Origin: Actinomycetota bacterium
GTDB lineage: Bacteria > Actinomycetota > AC-67
NCBI GenBank assembly: GCA_035541035.1
Contig: DATLFO010000104.1
Coordinates: 1-46,413 of the forward strand
DNA: 46,413 nt
Direction of reading: 5' to 3'
The notes below the pieces were generated by a model. It was not told the DNA's origin. It made no database searches and saw nothing but the letters and a program-made list of their open reading frames with translations. A program made the translations under genes and the position numbers. Numbering within the stretch: the stretch's first letter is position 1; each line of letters begins with the position of its first letter. Of the stretch, positions 8,809-18,292 are shown piece after piece.

Positions 8809-9975
8809 GTGAAACGACATCTCGTCATCTTCTTCGCGATCGTGGCCGCGCTCGGCGCGGTCATGCCGGCGCGCGCCCAATCCGACCGCCTCGAGGAGGC
8901 CCGGCGCAAGATCCGCCAGTACCAGGACACCTCGCTGGTTGGGCTGCTCCGCGCGGCCGACGACAAGCGGCGAGCGATCGAGGAGTCGATCGCTCGGATC
9001 GAGCGTGAGATCGTGGACGTGCAGAAGCTGATCGACCTGTACAAGCCCGAGCTCGAACGGGCCAAGATCGAGCGCGACCTCGCCTCGCAAGCCGTGATCG
9101 CAGCGACGGGCGCGTACAAGAACAGCAGGTTCATGCTCGGAGCCAACGCGCTGTCGATGTACGCGACCGGGCAGTTGCCCGAGATGTTCGTGCTCATGGG
9201 CACCGGCGACATCAGCGACTACGTCACCGCGCGCGTCTACATGGACACCGTCGTGGACTCGAGCTCGCGCGTCGTGGACGGCTTCCGACGCTCGCGCGAC
9301 CGGCTCGAGAAGGAAAAGGCCCGCGTCGAGACGCAGACCCAGGCAATCCTGGATCGCGGTACCAAGCTCGAAGCCGAACGGGCGCGCCTGGTGAAGCTCG
9401 CGGAGTCGAAGCAGAAGATCGCCCAGGACCTGGACGCGGCCAGCGCCGCGCGCGAAGAGGCGATCGCGGCGATCAAGTCCGATCCGGCCGGCTTCGACAG
9501 CATCCTCGCCTCGTACGGCTCGGCGACCGAGGCGATCCGTATGCTCGTCGTCGCGGCCCAGCGCGGACAGCCCGTCCAGGATCCCGAGAAGGCCGCGGTG
9601 TGGGTTCCGGTCGATGGCCGCGTGTCGTCGAAGTACGGCTGGCGCATCCATCCGATCTTCGAGAAGCGCTCGTTCCACACCGGCACCGACATCGCCGCAC
9701 CCTACGGCGCGGACGTGCGCGCGGCCTCGCCCGGCACGGTCGTCGACGTGGTCTACCTCGGCGCGTACGGGCTCGTCGTGGTCGTCGATCACGGGTTCTC
9801 GCTCGCCACGATGTACGCGCACCTCGCTCGCTCGCTCGTTCATCCGGGTGAGCGCGTGCAGGCCGGTCAGGTGATCGGCAAGGTCGGATGCACCGGCTGG
9901 TGCACGGGCCCGCATCTGCACTTCGAGGTCTGGAGCCGCGGAAACCCGCAGAATCCGCAGGCCTGGGTCTCCTAG
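8809..9975 (+). CDS. Secreted M23 family metallopeptidase with an N-terminal coiled-coil region
   Basis: Signal peptide MKRHLVIFFAIVAALGAVMPARAQ, then a long heptad-like region. The C-terminal LytM motifs HTGTDIAAPYGADV and GPHLHFEV are present. Confidence 0.85.
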   Translation: MKRHLVIFFAIVAALGAVMPARAQSDRLEEARRKIRQYQDTSLVGLLRAADDKRRAIEESIARIEREIVDVQKLIDLYKPELERAKIERDLASQAVIAATGAYKNSRFMLGANALSMYATGQLPEMFVLMGTGDISDYVTARVYMDTVVDSSSRVVDGFRRSRDRLEKEKARVETQTQAILDRGTKLEAERARLVKLAESKQKIAQDLDAASAAREEAIAAIKSDPAGFDSILASYGSATEAIRMLVVAAQRGQPVQDPEKAAVWVPVDGRVSSKYGWRIHPIFEKRSFHTGTDIAAPYGADVRAASPGTVVDVVYLGAYGLVVVVDHGFSLATMYAHLARSLVHPGERVQAGQVIGKVGCTGWCTGPHLHFEVWSRGNPQNPQAWVS

Positions 9976-10032
9976 AGCGCCATCCGGAACTCACCGGCAC
10001 CGCCTTTACCGCTCCGCTAGGCTCCGCGGCGC

Positions 10033-11013
10033 ATGAACATGCGCGCGGCGATCTCGCAGCGGCCCCACGCGGCCCGCGTCGCGCTCGCGCTCGGCCTGGT
10101 GTACATCGTGTGGGGATCGACCTATCTGGCCATCCGGGTTACGGTCGAAACGATTCCCCCGCTGCTGTCGGCCGGCGTTCGCTTCCTGACCGCCGGCGCG
10201 ATCCTGTACGCGTTCGCGATCCGCCGCACGCCCAAGGACGAGCGGCCGACACCGATTCATTGGCGCTCCGCCGCGATCGTGGGAACCGCGTTGCTGCTCG
10301 GCGGCAACGGCGGGGTGGTGCTCGCCGAATCGTGGGGCGTGCCCAGCGGCATCGCAGCGCTCCTGGTCGGCACCGTGCCGCTGTGGATGGCGCTGATCTC
10401 GTGGGTCGCGTTCCGCGACAAGCTTCCCGCCGTCGGCATCGCCGGCTTACTCGCGGGATTCACCGGCGTCGCGATCTTGGCCAAGCCGAGCGGCGACTTT
10501 CCGCTCGCGGGGTCGCTGCTGATCGTGCTCGCGGCGCTGATCTGGTCGTCGGGATCGGTCTACGCGCAGCATGCGCCGCTGCCGCCCCGCCCGTTCCTGA
10601 CGACCGCGATGGAGATGCTCACCGGCGGCGCGTCGCTGCTGATCGTGGGGCTGTTGCGCGGCGAGGCCGCGGGCGTAGACCTCGCGGCGTTCAGCGGCCG
10701 CAGCATCTCGGCACTCGTGTACCTGATCTTCGTCGGTTCGCTCGTCGGCTACTCGGCGTACATCTGGGCGCTGCACAACACCCGCATCTCGCTGGTGAGC
10801 ACCTACGCCTACGTGAATCCGGTGATCGCGGTGATCCTGGGTGCGGCCATCCTGAGCGAGCCGTTCAGCGCGCTGGATCTGATCGCGGGCTCGATCATCG
10901 TCGGCTCGGTCGCGTTGATCGTGGCGGCCAAGAAGCCGACCCCGCCGGCGAGCCCGGCCGATGCTCCCCCACCGCCGGACGAGGCGATCGAGGCACAGCC
11001 CGCACGAAATTGA
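10033..11013 (+). CDS. EamA/DMT superfamily transporter
   Basis: About ten predicted TM helices in two EamA-like halves (LVYIVWGSTYLAIR...). The C-terminal tail is Pro-rich. Confidence 0.8.
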   Translation: MNMRAAISQRPHAARVALALGLVYIVWGSTYLAIRVTVETIPPLLSAGVRFLTAGAILYAFAIRRTPKDERPTPIHWRSAAIVGTALLLGGNGGVVLAESWGVPSGIAALLVGTVPLWMALISWVAFRDKLPAVGIAGLLAGFTGVAILAKPSGDFPLAGSLLIVLAALIWSSGSVYAQHAPLPPRPFLTTAMEMLTGGASLLIVGLLRGEAAGVDLAAFSGRSISALVYLIFVGSLVGYSAYIWALHNTRISLVSTYAYVNPVIAVILGAAILSEPFSALDLIAGSIIVGSVALIVAAKKPTPPASPADAPPPPDEAIEAQPARN

Positions 11014-11025
11014 GAATCATTCTCA
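11011..11025. promoter_or_regulatory. Fur-family (Zur/Fur-type) 7-1-7 operator
   Basis: Perfect palindrome TGAGAAT-C-ATTCTCA, 21 nt upstream of the ZIP transporter start. It overlaps the EamA stop codon and resembles the Fur/Zur 7-1-7 boxes (TGAtAATnATTaTCA / TGAaAATnATTtTCA). Confidence 0.6.
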
Positions 11026-11045
11026 CCTAGTGGTACGCTTGCCCC

Positions 11046-11813
11046 GTGCAAGCATTCGGAGCCGCCTCCGCCTCGGTCTGGGCATGGTCGCTGCTGTCGG
11101 TCACCGGCATCAGCGCCATCGCGCTCGTCGGCGGCTTGACCTTTCTGCTGCGCGAGCAGGTGCTGCGGCCGGTCGTGCTGCTGCTGGTGTCGTTCGCGGC
11201 CGGCGCGCTGCTCGGCGACGCGTTCATCCATCTGATCCCCGAACTCGCGGAAGAGGCCGGATTCGACCTGAGCCTGTCGCTCCTGATCCTGGCCGGCGTC
11301 GGGGTGTTCTTCGTCATCGAGAAGGTCCTGCACTGGCACCACGCCCACCTCCCGACCGAGGAGGTCATCCACCCGGTCGCGTGGACCAATCTGATCGGGG
11401 ACGGCATTCATAACTTCATCGACGGCACCTTGGTCGCCGGCGCGTTCCTGACCGACACCAAGCTCGGGATCGGCACCGCGATCGCGGTCGCGCTCCACGA
11501 GATCCCGCAGGAGCTCGGCGACATGGGCATCCTGGTCCATGCCGGAATGAGCAAGAAGCGGGCGCTGCTGCTCAACCTTTCGACCGCGCTTGTTTCGCTC
11601 GCCGGCGTTGCGCTCGCGTTGCTGCTCGCCGGAGCGGTCGATGATCTGTCGCGCATCCTGCTTGCCTTGACCGCGGGCGGCTTCGTCTACATCGCGGGCT
11701 CGGATCTGATCCCCGAGCTTCAACGCGAGACGCGCATCCCGACCGCCATCCTCCAGCTCACCGGCCTCAGCCTCGGCGTCGGGCTGATGGCCGCGCTTAC
11801 CTTGCTCGAGTAG
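11046..11813 (+). CDS. ZIP family divalent-metal (zinc/iron) permease
   Basis: HEIPQELGD signature and about 8 TM helices. GTG start with no SD. A TACGCT -10-like hexamer at 11034-11039 would put the transcription start at about 11046, so the gene may be leaderless. Confidence 0.85.
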   Translation: MQAFGAASASVWAWSLLSVTGISAIALVGGLTFLLREQVLRPVVLLLVSFAAGALLGDAFIHLIPELAEEAGFDLSLSLLILAGVGVFFVIEKVLHWHHAHLPTEEVIHPVAWTNLIGDGIHNFIDGTLVAGAFLTDTKLGIGTAIAVALHEIPQELGDMGILVHAGMSKKRALLLNLSTALVSLAGVALALLLAGAVDDLSRILLALTAGGFVYIAGSDLIPELQRETRIPTAILQLTGLSLGVGLMAALTLLE

Positions 11814-11930
11814 CTTCGCCCGATCCGCCACGCTTTGGGGCGGTAACCTGAGGGCTGCCCCACTCGTTGGACCTGTTGAGGAGCCCTCGCCTCACCAGCG
11901 ACGCGCGCGCCGACCGAAGGGGAACGTCTT

Positions 11931-14084
11931 ATGAGCAGGCTTTACCGGACCGCAGCAGGCGTCGCGGCTCTCATCGCGATCGGGCTCGCGCCGATCACCG
12001 TGCCCGCATCCAAACCGCCGAAGCACGCGGCGATCCGCTTCGCCCCGAACGTCGTCGTCGATCCCGCGCGCATGGGCGGCGAGCCGATCATGGTCACCGA
12101 CTCCACGGGCAACATCTATATCTCTTCGATCATCGGATTCTCGAACCACACTTCGTTCCTGTGGAAGAGCGAGGACGGCGGCGAGTCCTTCGACCTGCTG
12201 CGCGTCCCGCTGCCCGCCATCCAGCGGCCCGACTTCACGCTCGGCGGCGGCGACACGGCGCTGATCGTCGGTCCGCCCGCGCCCGGCTACAAGGACGATA
12301 CGTTGATCTTCATCGACCTGGAAGGGCTCGCGTCGTTCGGCACCGCGACGACCTTCGACGGCGGGAATACGTTCGTCAACGACAACGTCTTCGCCTCCGG
12401 CGACCAGCCGCTGGGCGACCGGCAGTGGGGCGGCCACTGGCGCGACAAGAACGGCGTGGACCACTACTACAACTTCTTCAACGGCCTGTTTTCGCCCGAC
12501 AGCGGGACCAGCACCGCCTCGTACGCAATCATCGAGACCACCGATTACGGCAAGACGTGGAAGGACTGGAAGCGCAACGTCGTCACCACCCCGGGCCGCT
12601 CCCGGCCGGGCCCCCTATTCGTGGATCCGGACACCGGCGACCTGATGCTGACGTGGACGATCAACCGCAGCGGCACCGGCGGCGCGGGCTTCACGCTGTG
12701 CAATCAGCTCAAGCGATGCGAGGACACGATCATCGCCGAGATGCCGAGCTACGACACCAACAATACGTTCGTGACCGGCGCCCGCGACCGGCAGGGCAAC
12801 CTGTACGTGGCATGGTCGGCGATCCCGCGCGGCGAGCTGGATCCGGCCGAGGTCCCGACACGCATCTACCTGTCGAGCTCGCGTAACAAGGGCCGGACCT
12901 GGACCAAGCCGGCCGTGGTGTCGGGCAACCTGGGCGCCGCGTCGATGCCCTCGATCGTGGCGGGCGACAGCGGCCGCGTCTCGGTCGTGTACTACGGCAC
13001 GCCCAAGCAGGGGAACCCCAACGACAACGCCGGCCCGTGGCACGTCTACATGAGCCAGAGCCTCAACGCGCTCGACGCGAAACCTTCGTTTACCCGCGCG
13101 CAGGTCACCGACCACACCAACCACATCAACCCGATCTGCACGATGGGACTGGGCTGTACGCTCGACCCGAACCGCCGCGACGACCGGAACCTTATCGACT
13201 TCCTGTACGCGGCGATCGGCAAGAACGGCGAGACGCTGGTCACCTACGGCGATACCGCGCATCAGATCGGCCCGAACCCGCCGGCGTCGTCGTCGATCAC
13301 GATGTTCGCCAAGCAGATCGAAGGCCCGAGCCTGTATGCGAGCGTCGGCGAGCTGACGCCGCCCGAGCCCGACGTGCTTCCCTATTCGGGCGGCCAGAAC
13401 CGCGTCTCCAGCTATTGGGCGTCGGCGGTGCCGGACAACTGGCACGCGGACTTGGTCAAGGACGTTCCGTTCCCGCGTCACGGTCCCGGCGGACCGGGGC
13501 CGCAGAATCCCAGCCTGGACATCACCAGCGCGTGGCTCGAGGCCGCAGGCCCGAACACGATGCGGGGAACGATGATGCTGCGAGACACGTTCAGCGTGAA
13601 GATCCCCCAGCCCTACACGAACAACTTCTACATGTTCTGGTGGTGGAGCAAGAACAAGGTGCACTACGCCGCCGCCGAGGTCGGCCCCGCCGAGTACGGG
13701 ATCAGCCAGACCGAGGACGCGATCTCGGACTGCTATGCGGGCGAGCCGTCGTATTCGAACCCGGCGAGCGCGCGATGGGCGCTCTACGTCGCGGCTGCCG
13801 TGCCCCCGCCGAACGTGACGCGCATCGACTGCCACCTGGACCTGCTGACCGGCCGCCTCACGATGGACATCCCGCTGGACGCGGTCGGAGCCGGCATCGG
13901 CGACACGCTCTACTCGGTGACGGCGTCGTCGTCGGCGATTCACATTCCGAACATCGCGTTCAATGCCGTAGCGAATCTGCCCGACGAGGCCGACGCGGTC
14001 TCGCCGTTCACCTACAGGGTCGGCTCGATCCGCCAGCAGACCACCAAGCTCCTGCGGCCTCCGCCGCGCAGCAAGCGCCGCTAG
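11931..14084 (+). CDS. Secreted BNR/Asp-box repeat beta-propeller protein (sialidase-like fold, function unknown)
   Basis: GAAGGGGAA SD and an N-terminal signal/TM segment. Asp-box-like motifs are SEDGGESF, TTDYGKTW and SSSRNKGRTW. I did not see an RIP catalytic motif. Confidence 0.65.
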   Translation: MSRLYRTAAGVAALIAIGLAPITVPASKPPKHAAIRFAPNVVVDPARMGGEPIMVTDSTGNIYISSIIGFSNHTSFLWKSEDGGESFDLLRVPLPAIQRPDFTLGGGDTALIVGPPAPGYKDDTLIFIDLEGLASFGTATTFDGGNTFVNDNVFASGDQPLGDRQWGGHWRDKNGVDHYYNFFNGLFSPDSGTSTASYAIIETTDYGKTWKDWKRNVVTTPGRSRPGPLFVDPDTGDLMLTWTINRSGTGGAGFTLCNQLKRCEDTIIAEMPSYDTNNTFVTGARDRQGNLYVAWSAIPRGELDPAEVPTRIYLSSSRNKGRTWTKPAVVSGNLGAASMPSIVAGDSGRVSVVYYGTPKQGNPNDNAGPWHVYMSQSLNALDAKPSFTRAQVTDHTNHINPICTMGLGCTLDPNRRDDRNLIDFLYAAIGKNGETLVTYGDTAHQIGPNPPASSSITMFAKQIEGPSLYASVGELTPPEPDVLPYSGGQNRVSSYWASAVPDNWHADLVKDVPFPRHGPGGPGPQNPSLDITSAWLEAAGPNTMRGTMMLRDTFSVKIPQPYTNNFYMFWWWSKNKVHYAAAEVGPAEYGISQTEDAISDCYAGEPSYSNPASARWALYVAAAVPPPNVTRIDCHLDLLTGRLTMDIPLDAVGAGIGDTLYSVTASSSAIHIPNIAFNAVANLPDEADAVSPFTYRVGSIRQQTTKLLRPPPRSKRR

Positions 14085-14093
14085 ACGGCTATT

Positions 14094-14136
14094 CGGCCCG
14101 GTCCGAGCGAACACACGTTCGTTCGGGTCCGGGCCG
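14094..14136 (+). terminator. Long imperfect hairpin immediately after the BNR gene (terminator-like)
   Basis: CGGCCCGGTCCGAGCGAAC-ACAC-GTTCGTTCGGGTCCGGGCCG forms about 18 bp with one mismatch, one bulge and one G-U pair. It starts 10 nt after the stop and is followed by ATTT. Confidence 0.5.
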
Positions 14137-14174
14137 ATTTGCCCAGCCTCGGCTGCGGCGGCTACAAATGCCCC

Positions 14175-15203
14175 GTGGCCAAAGCCATTCGCGGCCCGCG
14201 TATTCCGCGCCGCTCCTTCCCCCGAGGACGCATTTTTCGTGCGTCGCTCGTGCTCGCGCTCGCCCTGTCCGCCTTCGGATTGATGCCGCAGACCGCACAT
14301 GCCGCCTCGACCAAGCAGAAGCTCAACGCGATGGCGAACCGCATCAACCGGCTGCAATCCGCGCTTGCGACCAGCGAGCGGCGTGCCGCGTCCATGAACA
14401 AGTCGATCGCTTCGGCGAGCTCGCGGCTCAAGGCCGCGCGCGCCGGCATGACCGCGCTCACGCAAGGCTTGTACATGAGCGCGTTCGACGAAACGACGGC
14501 GCTGCTGGCCGCCGAATCGGTCGCCGAGTTCGGCGAGCGGGTCGCGTTCGCCGAGCATCTGCAGTCCGGCCAGAAGGACGTGCTCGAGCGCGTCGCGATC
14601 GCGCGCACCCAGCTGGAGCGCCAGCGCAAGGCGCTTGCCGGCGTGCTCGCGAAGCAGAAAGAGCTGCTGAAGAACCTCAACAAGGAGCAGGCCGCGCTGG
14701 CGAGCGAGTTCCGCAAGGAGCAGCAGCGGCTGGCCGCGATCGAGCGCGCGAAACGCGCCAAGAACCGTCAGCGAGCCTCCCGTGCGGACGCGCCCTCGCT
14801 GATCTCCGGCACGGGCCCGTTCCGGGTCTGTCCGGTAGATGAGCCACGCGCCTACTCCAACGACTGGGGCGCGCCGCGCAGCGGCGGCCGGAGCCATGAG
14901 GGAACCGACATCCTGGCCCCGCGGGGCACGCCGATTCGCGCGCCGTTCGACGGCACCGTGAAAGCCAACAGCTCCGGACGCGGCGGCAAGCAGGTGCGCG
15001 TCTACGGCTCGGAAGGCTACGTGTTCAACGCGCACCTCGACCGACATGCGGGCGTATCGGGCTTCGTGAAAGCAGGCACCGTGATCGGGTACGTGGGCAA
15101 CTCGGGCAACGCCAGCGGGGGCCCGACGCACAACCATTTCGAGTGGCATCCGCGCAACGGCGGCGCGGTCAATCCATTCCGCTACTTGAACAAGGTCTGC
15201 TAA
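14175..15203 (+). CDS. Secreted M23 family metallopeptidase with a coiled-coil region (second copy of this architecture)
   Basis: Signal-like LVLALALSAFGLMPQTAHA, a coiled coil, then HEGTDILAPRGTPIRAPFDG and GPTHNHFEWHP. The listed ORF start (TTG 14139) lies next to the terminator hairpin, so GTG 14175 is preferred. The start remains uncertain. Confidence 0.8.
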   Translation: MAKAIRGPRIPRRSFPRGRIFRASLVLALALSAFGLMPQTAHAASTKQKLNAMANRINRLQSALATSERRAASMNKSIASASSRLKAARAGMTALTQGLYMSAFDETTALLAAESVAEFGERVAFAEHLQSGQKDVLERVAIARTQLERQRKALAGVLAKQKELLKNLNKEQAALASEFRKEQQRLAAIERAKRAKNRQRASRADAPSLISGTGPFRVCPVDEPRAYSNDWGAPRSGGRSHEGTDILAPRGTPIRAPFDGTVKANSSGRGGKQVRVYGSEGYVFNAHLDRHAGVSGFVKAGTVIGYVGNSGNASGGPTHNHFEWHPRNGGAVNPFRYLNKVC

Positions 15204-15268
15204 CCCCCCGCGCGCCGGGACCCCGCCGCACCATCGCGTACGCTAACGCTCCCTGAAAGGAGCCGGCG

Positions 15269-16408
15269 TTGCTGATCGTGGAGTTGGGTCTGGTGATCCT
15301 AGGCCTATCCGTCCTGGCTCGGCTCGCGCTGCGCATCGGGATCCCGCCGATCCCGCTCTACGTCATCGCCGGCCTCGCCTTCGGCGACGGCGGCCTGCTG
15401 CCGCTGGTCACCACGCAAGAGTTCATCCGCATCGGCGCCGAAATCGGTCTGATCCTGCTGCTGTTCATGCTCGGTCTCGAGTACCCCGCCCGAAAGCTGA
15501 TCGGAACGCTCAAGCACGCGCCACGCAGCGGCGGTCTCAACATCGCGCTGAACTTCACGCCCGGCTTCGTGGCCGGCCTGCTGATGGGATGGGCGCCGCT
15601 TCCCGCGGCGTTCCTGGGAGGCGCGACCTACGTGTCCTCGTCGGGCGTGGCGGCGCGCCTCATCGAGGATCTGCGCATCGGCCAGGAAGAGCGAACCCCG
15701 ATCGTGTCCACGCTGATCCTGGAAGACCTCGCGATGGCGATGTTCCTTCCCACGATCGGCGCGTTCCTGATCGGCGGAAGCGCGGCCGGCAGCCTGATGA
15801 TCGCGGTGAGCGCGGTCGCCATCGTGATCTTGCTCCTGCTGTTCGCGCTGCGAGCCGGCACCGGCGTGAGCCGTCTGGTCTTCGCCAACGCCGACGAGCC
15901 GCTGCTCCTGTCGATCCTCGGCTTCGGGCTGCTCATCGCCGGCATCGCCGAGGTCGGGCAGGTGTCGGCGGCAGTCGGGGCGCTCGTGGCGGGCATCGTC
16001 ATCTCGGGTCCGGCCGCGCAGAACGTGCGGCCGCTGCTGAGCCCGATCCGCGACCTGTTCGCCGCGATCTTCTTCGCCTTCGTCGGCTTCAGCATCGACC
16101 CGGGCCAAATCCCCGGCGCCTTGCCGGTCGCGTTGCTGCTCGCCGGGATCACGGGAGCGACCAAGTTCGTCGCCGGCTGGAAGGCCGCCGAGTGGGCGGG
16201 TGTGCCGTGGCCGCGCCGCTCGATCGTGGGTGCGACGCTGCTGGCGCGCGGCGAGTTCTCACTGGCGATCGCCGGTCTCGCCGTCGCGGCGCGCGTGCGT
16301 CCGAACCCGGCGCCGATCATCGCGACGTACGTGGTGATCATGGCATTGATCGGGCCGGTCGTGGCGCGCATCGTCTCGATCCGGGTGCAGCGCGCCGAAG
16401 CGGACTGA
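15269..16408 (+). CDS. Cation:proton antiporter (CPA2/Kef-like membrane domain, no KTN domain)
   Basis: AAAGGAG sits 7 nt before the TTG start. 379 aa, polytopic, with a Na+/H+ exchanger family N-terminus LGLVILGLSVLARLALRIGIPPIPLYVIAGLAFG. Confidence 0.8.
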   Translation: MLIVELGLVILGLSVLARLALRIGIPPIPLYVIAGLAFGDGGLLPLVTTQEFIRIGAEIGLILLLFMLGLEYPARKLIGTLKHAPRSGGLNIALNFTPGFVAGLLMGWAPLPAAFLGGATYVSSSGVAARLIEDLRIGQEERTPIVSTLILEDLAMAMFLPTIGAFLIGGSAAGSLMIAVSAVAIVILLLLFALRAGTGVSRLVFANADEPLLLSILGFGLLIAGIAEVGQVSAAVGALVAGIVISGPAAQNVRPLLSPIRDLFAAIFFAFVGFSIDPGQIPGALPVALLLAGITGATKFVAGWKAAEWAGVPWPRRSIVGATLLARGEFSLAIAGLAVAARVRPNPAPIIATYVVIMALIGPVVARIVSIRVQRAEAD

Positions 16409-16413
16409 GTCGC

Positions 16414-16629
16414 TTAGCGCGAGGCTGCGCCGCGGATCTGCAGCGATCCCAGCAACGTGCGTGACGATTCGGCGATCTGCGCCACCGCCCGCTCGAACGC
16501 TTCCGCGTTGTGCGGCGCGGGCGCGCGGAATCCACTGATTTTGCGCACGAACTGGAGCGCGGCTGCCTCGATCTCGTCGTCGGTCGCGACGACGGCGCCG
16601 TCACGAAGGGTCTTGATGCTCCTGCACAT
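16414..16629 (-). CDS. DUF2277 domain-containing small protein
   Basis: MCRSIKTLRD...DDEIEAAALQFVRKISGFRAPAPHNAEAFERAV matches my memory of the conserved DUF2277 N-terminus (MCRNIKTL...IRAAALQYVRKISG). Confidence 0.7.
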   Translation of the reverse strand: MCRSIKTLRDGAVVATDDEIEAAALQFVRKISGFRAPAPHNAEAFERAVAQIAESSRTLLGSLQIRGAASR

Positions 16630-16811
16630 GCCGCGATTCTAGGGCTCGCGGCCGCCTACCGCGTCGCCGCCGTTTGGTACGGTCGCGTCATGGGCCGAGG
16701 TGAACGCTTTCTGGCGGCATTTCGCCGAGGGCCCGGCCGTGCCAGGGGCCTCTTCCAAATAAACGAAGCACGCGACCGGATGGCCAGCGCAGGCTGCCTG
16801 ACGTGCATGCG

Positions 16812-16837
16812 AGAGGAGGCGCCAGGGCGCCTCCTCT
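16812..16837. terminator. Perfect GC-rich palindromic hairpin downstream of the hydrolase pair
   Basis: AGAGGAGGCGCC-AG-GGCGCCTCCTCT gives a usable stem of 10-11 bp. It lies 20 nt past the minus-strand stop at 16857 and has no U-tract. Confidence 0.45.
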
Positions 16838-16856
16838 ACGCGTACGGCGGCTCGGG

Positions 16857-18278
16857 CTACAGAGACGAGTTCAGAGCACCGCCGACATTCGCCATGCCCG
16901 CACGACGCATGTACTCGGCCTTTCCTTCCGGCAGCAACGTGCCGGCGGCGAGCATCGCGTCGAGTGAGGCCTCGAACTGGGTCAGGTAGGCGCCGGGCGT
17001 GGGATACAAAGCCGCCAGCGTCGCGGCATCAAACACCTTCGTCACGCCGGTCAGCGGCGCGGCGCCGCCCGCGGCGCAGGGCTCGCCGGTCGCCGGCACG
17101 CCCCCCGCGTAGTAGGTCGCGATCGGCGCGTCCAGCAGCGCCGAGCGCACCCCGCCCTTCATATTGCCGTGATCGTCGTAGACCCGGCCGTTCGCGTCGC
17201 GCGCCGCGCGCGGCTGCGGCGCCGGCGCGATGCCGGTGCGGATCCAGTCGTCGAGCGCAACCAGCGCCGCGCCCCAGATCGGCCCGGCGAAGAAGTGGTT
17301 GTAGATGCCGCACGATCCGGGCGGAAGCTGGTAGCCCCAGGCGCCCGCGTCGTCGGAGTCGAAGATGTTCGCGCTCCCGTTCGAGTGCGCATAGGCGAGC
17401 ATCGCCCAGCGATAGTTGTTGCTGTAGCCGGTCGTGTGCGCGGGCCCGACCAGTTCCCACAGACGGAACTGGCCGCTGTCGGGCGCGACCTGCGAGGTTC
17501 CGATCTCGGACTGGCTGTTGAGCCACAGCACCGGCGCCACGTCGCGTCGCACGCTCCCGGCCCCCGACACCTGCGGCTGGAAGCCGTCGAAGACCCCGGA
17601 GTCCTCGTGCCAGCCGTTGATGTAGGTGTTGAGACGTCCGGCCGACTGCGAGGCGCCCATCGCGATGCGGCGCTGCACCAGCGGCCGCAGATCGCCGAGC
17701 ACCGCGCTGTCCAGTGCCGCTTCGGCCGCCTGTTGGTAGATGTCGAACGAGTAGGTGTCGCCCGGATGCGACAGCGACTGGTAGCGGACCGGATCCCACT
17801 GCTTGAGCGCGATCGGGCTGGCCTCGATCGAAAGAAGCTGCGCCGCGACGCTGATGTAGGCATATCCGCGGCTGAAGACGGTCTGCCAGTAGTTCTGCCA
17901 GGTCGCGTCGTGGTCGTGCGGGATGGTGACGTTGTTCCACTCGAAGACCAGCGTGCCGTTGAAGTCCTGCGCGTTGGCCGGACGGCGAACCAAGAATCGC
18001 GACGTGTACGCGGCGCTCGTACCGGTCTTGTTCGGGCCCGAATATGCCGTGCCGCCGTAAAAGAACTCCTCTTCGACCCAGCCGGCCGGCAGCGGCAGCA
18101 GCGACTCGCCATAGGGACGGCCGGAGCGCATCCCGACGCCGTGCGGGATCGGCCCTTCGACCACCGGCTGCGACACCGTGGGGCTCGGCTGGACGCCCGA
18201 TGCCCGCGCCGCCCCGCTCCCGCCGAGCGAAGCCAGCATCGCGCACGAAAGCGCAGCCGCAACAAAACGAATTCTCAT
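16857..18278 (-). CDS. Secreted alpha/beta hydrolase domain protein (Abhydrolase_10-like), paralogue A
   Basis: GGAG sits 9 nt before ATG 18278. Signal peptide MRIRFVAAALSCAMLASLGGSGAARA. Family-typical EEEFF, FNGT..EWNNVT and HPGDTYSFDIYQQAAEA motifs, plus a GASQSAG nucleophile-elbow-like motif. Confidence 0.75.
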   Translation of the reverse strand: MRIRFVAAALSCAMLASLGGSGAARASGVQPSPTVSQPVVEGPIPHGVGMRSGRPYGESLLPLPAGWVEEEFFYGGTAYSGPNKTGTSAAYTSRFLVRRPANAQDFNGTLVFEWNNVTIPHDHDATWQNYWQTVFSRGYAYISVAAQLLSIEASPIALKQWDPVRYQSLSHPGDTYSFDIYQQAAEAALDSAVLGDLRPLVQRRIAMGASQSAGRLNTYINGWHEDSGVFDGFQPQVSGAGSVRRDVAPVLWLNSQSEIGTSQVAPDSGQFRLWELVGPAHTTGYSNNYRWAMLAYAHSNGSANIFDSDDAGAWGYQLPPGSCGIYNHFFAGPIWGAALVALDDWIRTGIAPAPQPRAARDANGRVYDDHGNMKGGVRSALLDAPIATYYAGGVPATGEPCAAGGAAPLTGVTKVFDAATLAALYPTPGAYLTQFEASLDAMLAAGTLLPEGKAEYMRRAGMANVGGALNSSL

Positions 18279-18292
18279 GCGAGTCACTCCTG

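Noticed and set aside
6934-9921. Very long antisense or alternative-frame ORFs: 995 aa here, and also 12615-15149 (844 aa), 35361-37544 (727 aa), 42057-43823 (588 aa), 3097-5469 (790 aa), 16964-18317 and others.
   Set aside because: They are Arg/Ala/Gly/Pro-rich, low-complexity translations lying opposite or out of frame to genes with clear family motifs. This is the typical stop-codon-poor artefact of about 70% GC DNA.
16630-16856. A possible small gene or ncRNA in the 227-bp gap between the DUF2277 gene and the hydrolase pair (plus-strand ORF 16510-16989).
   Set aside because: The ORF has no SD or family signal and overlaps both neighbours. Only the terminator-like palindrome at 16812-16837 is convincing.
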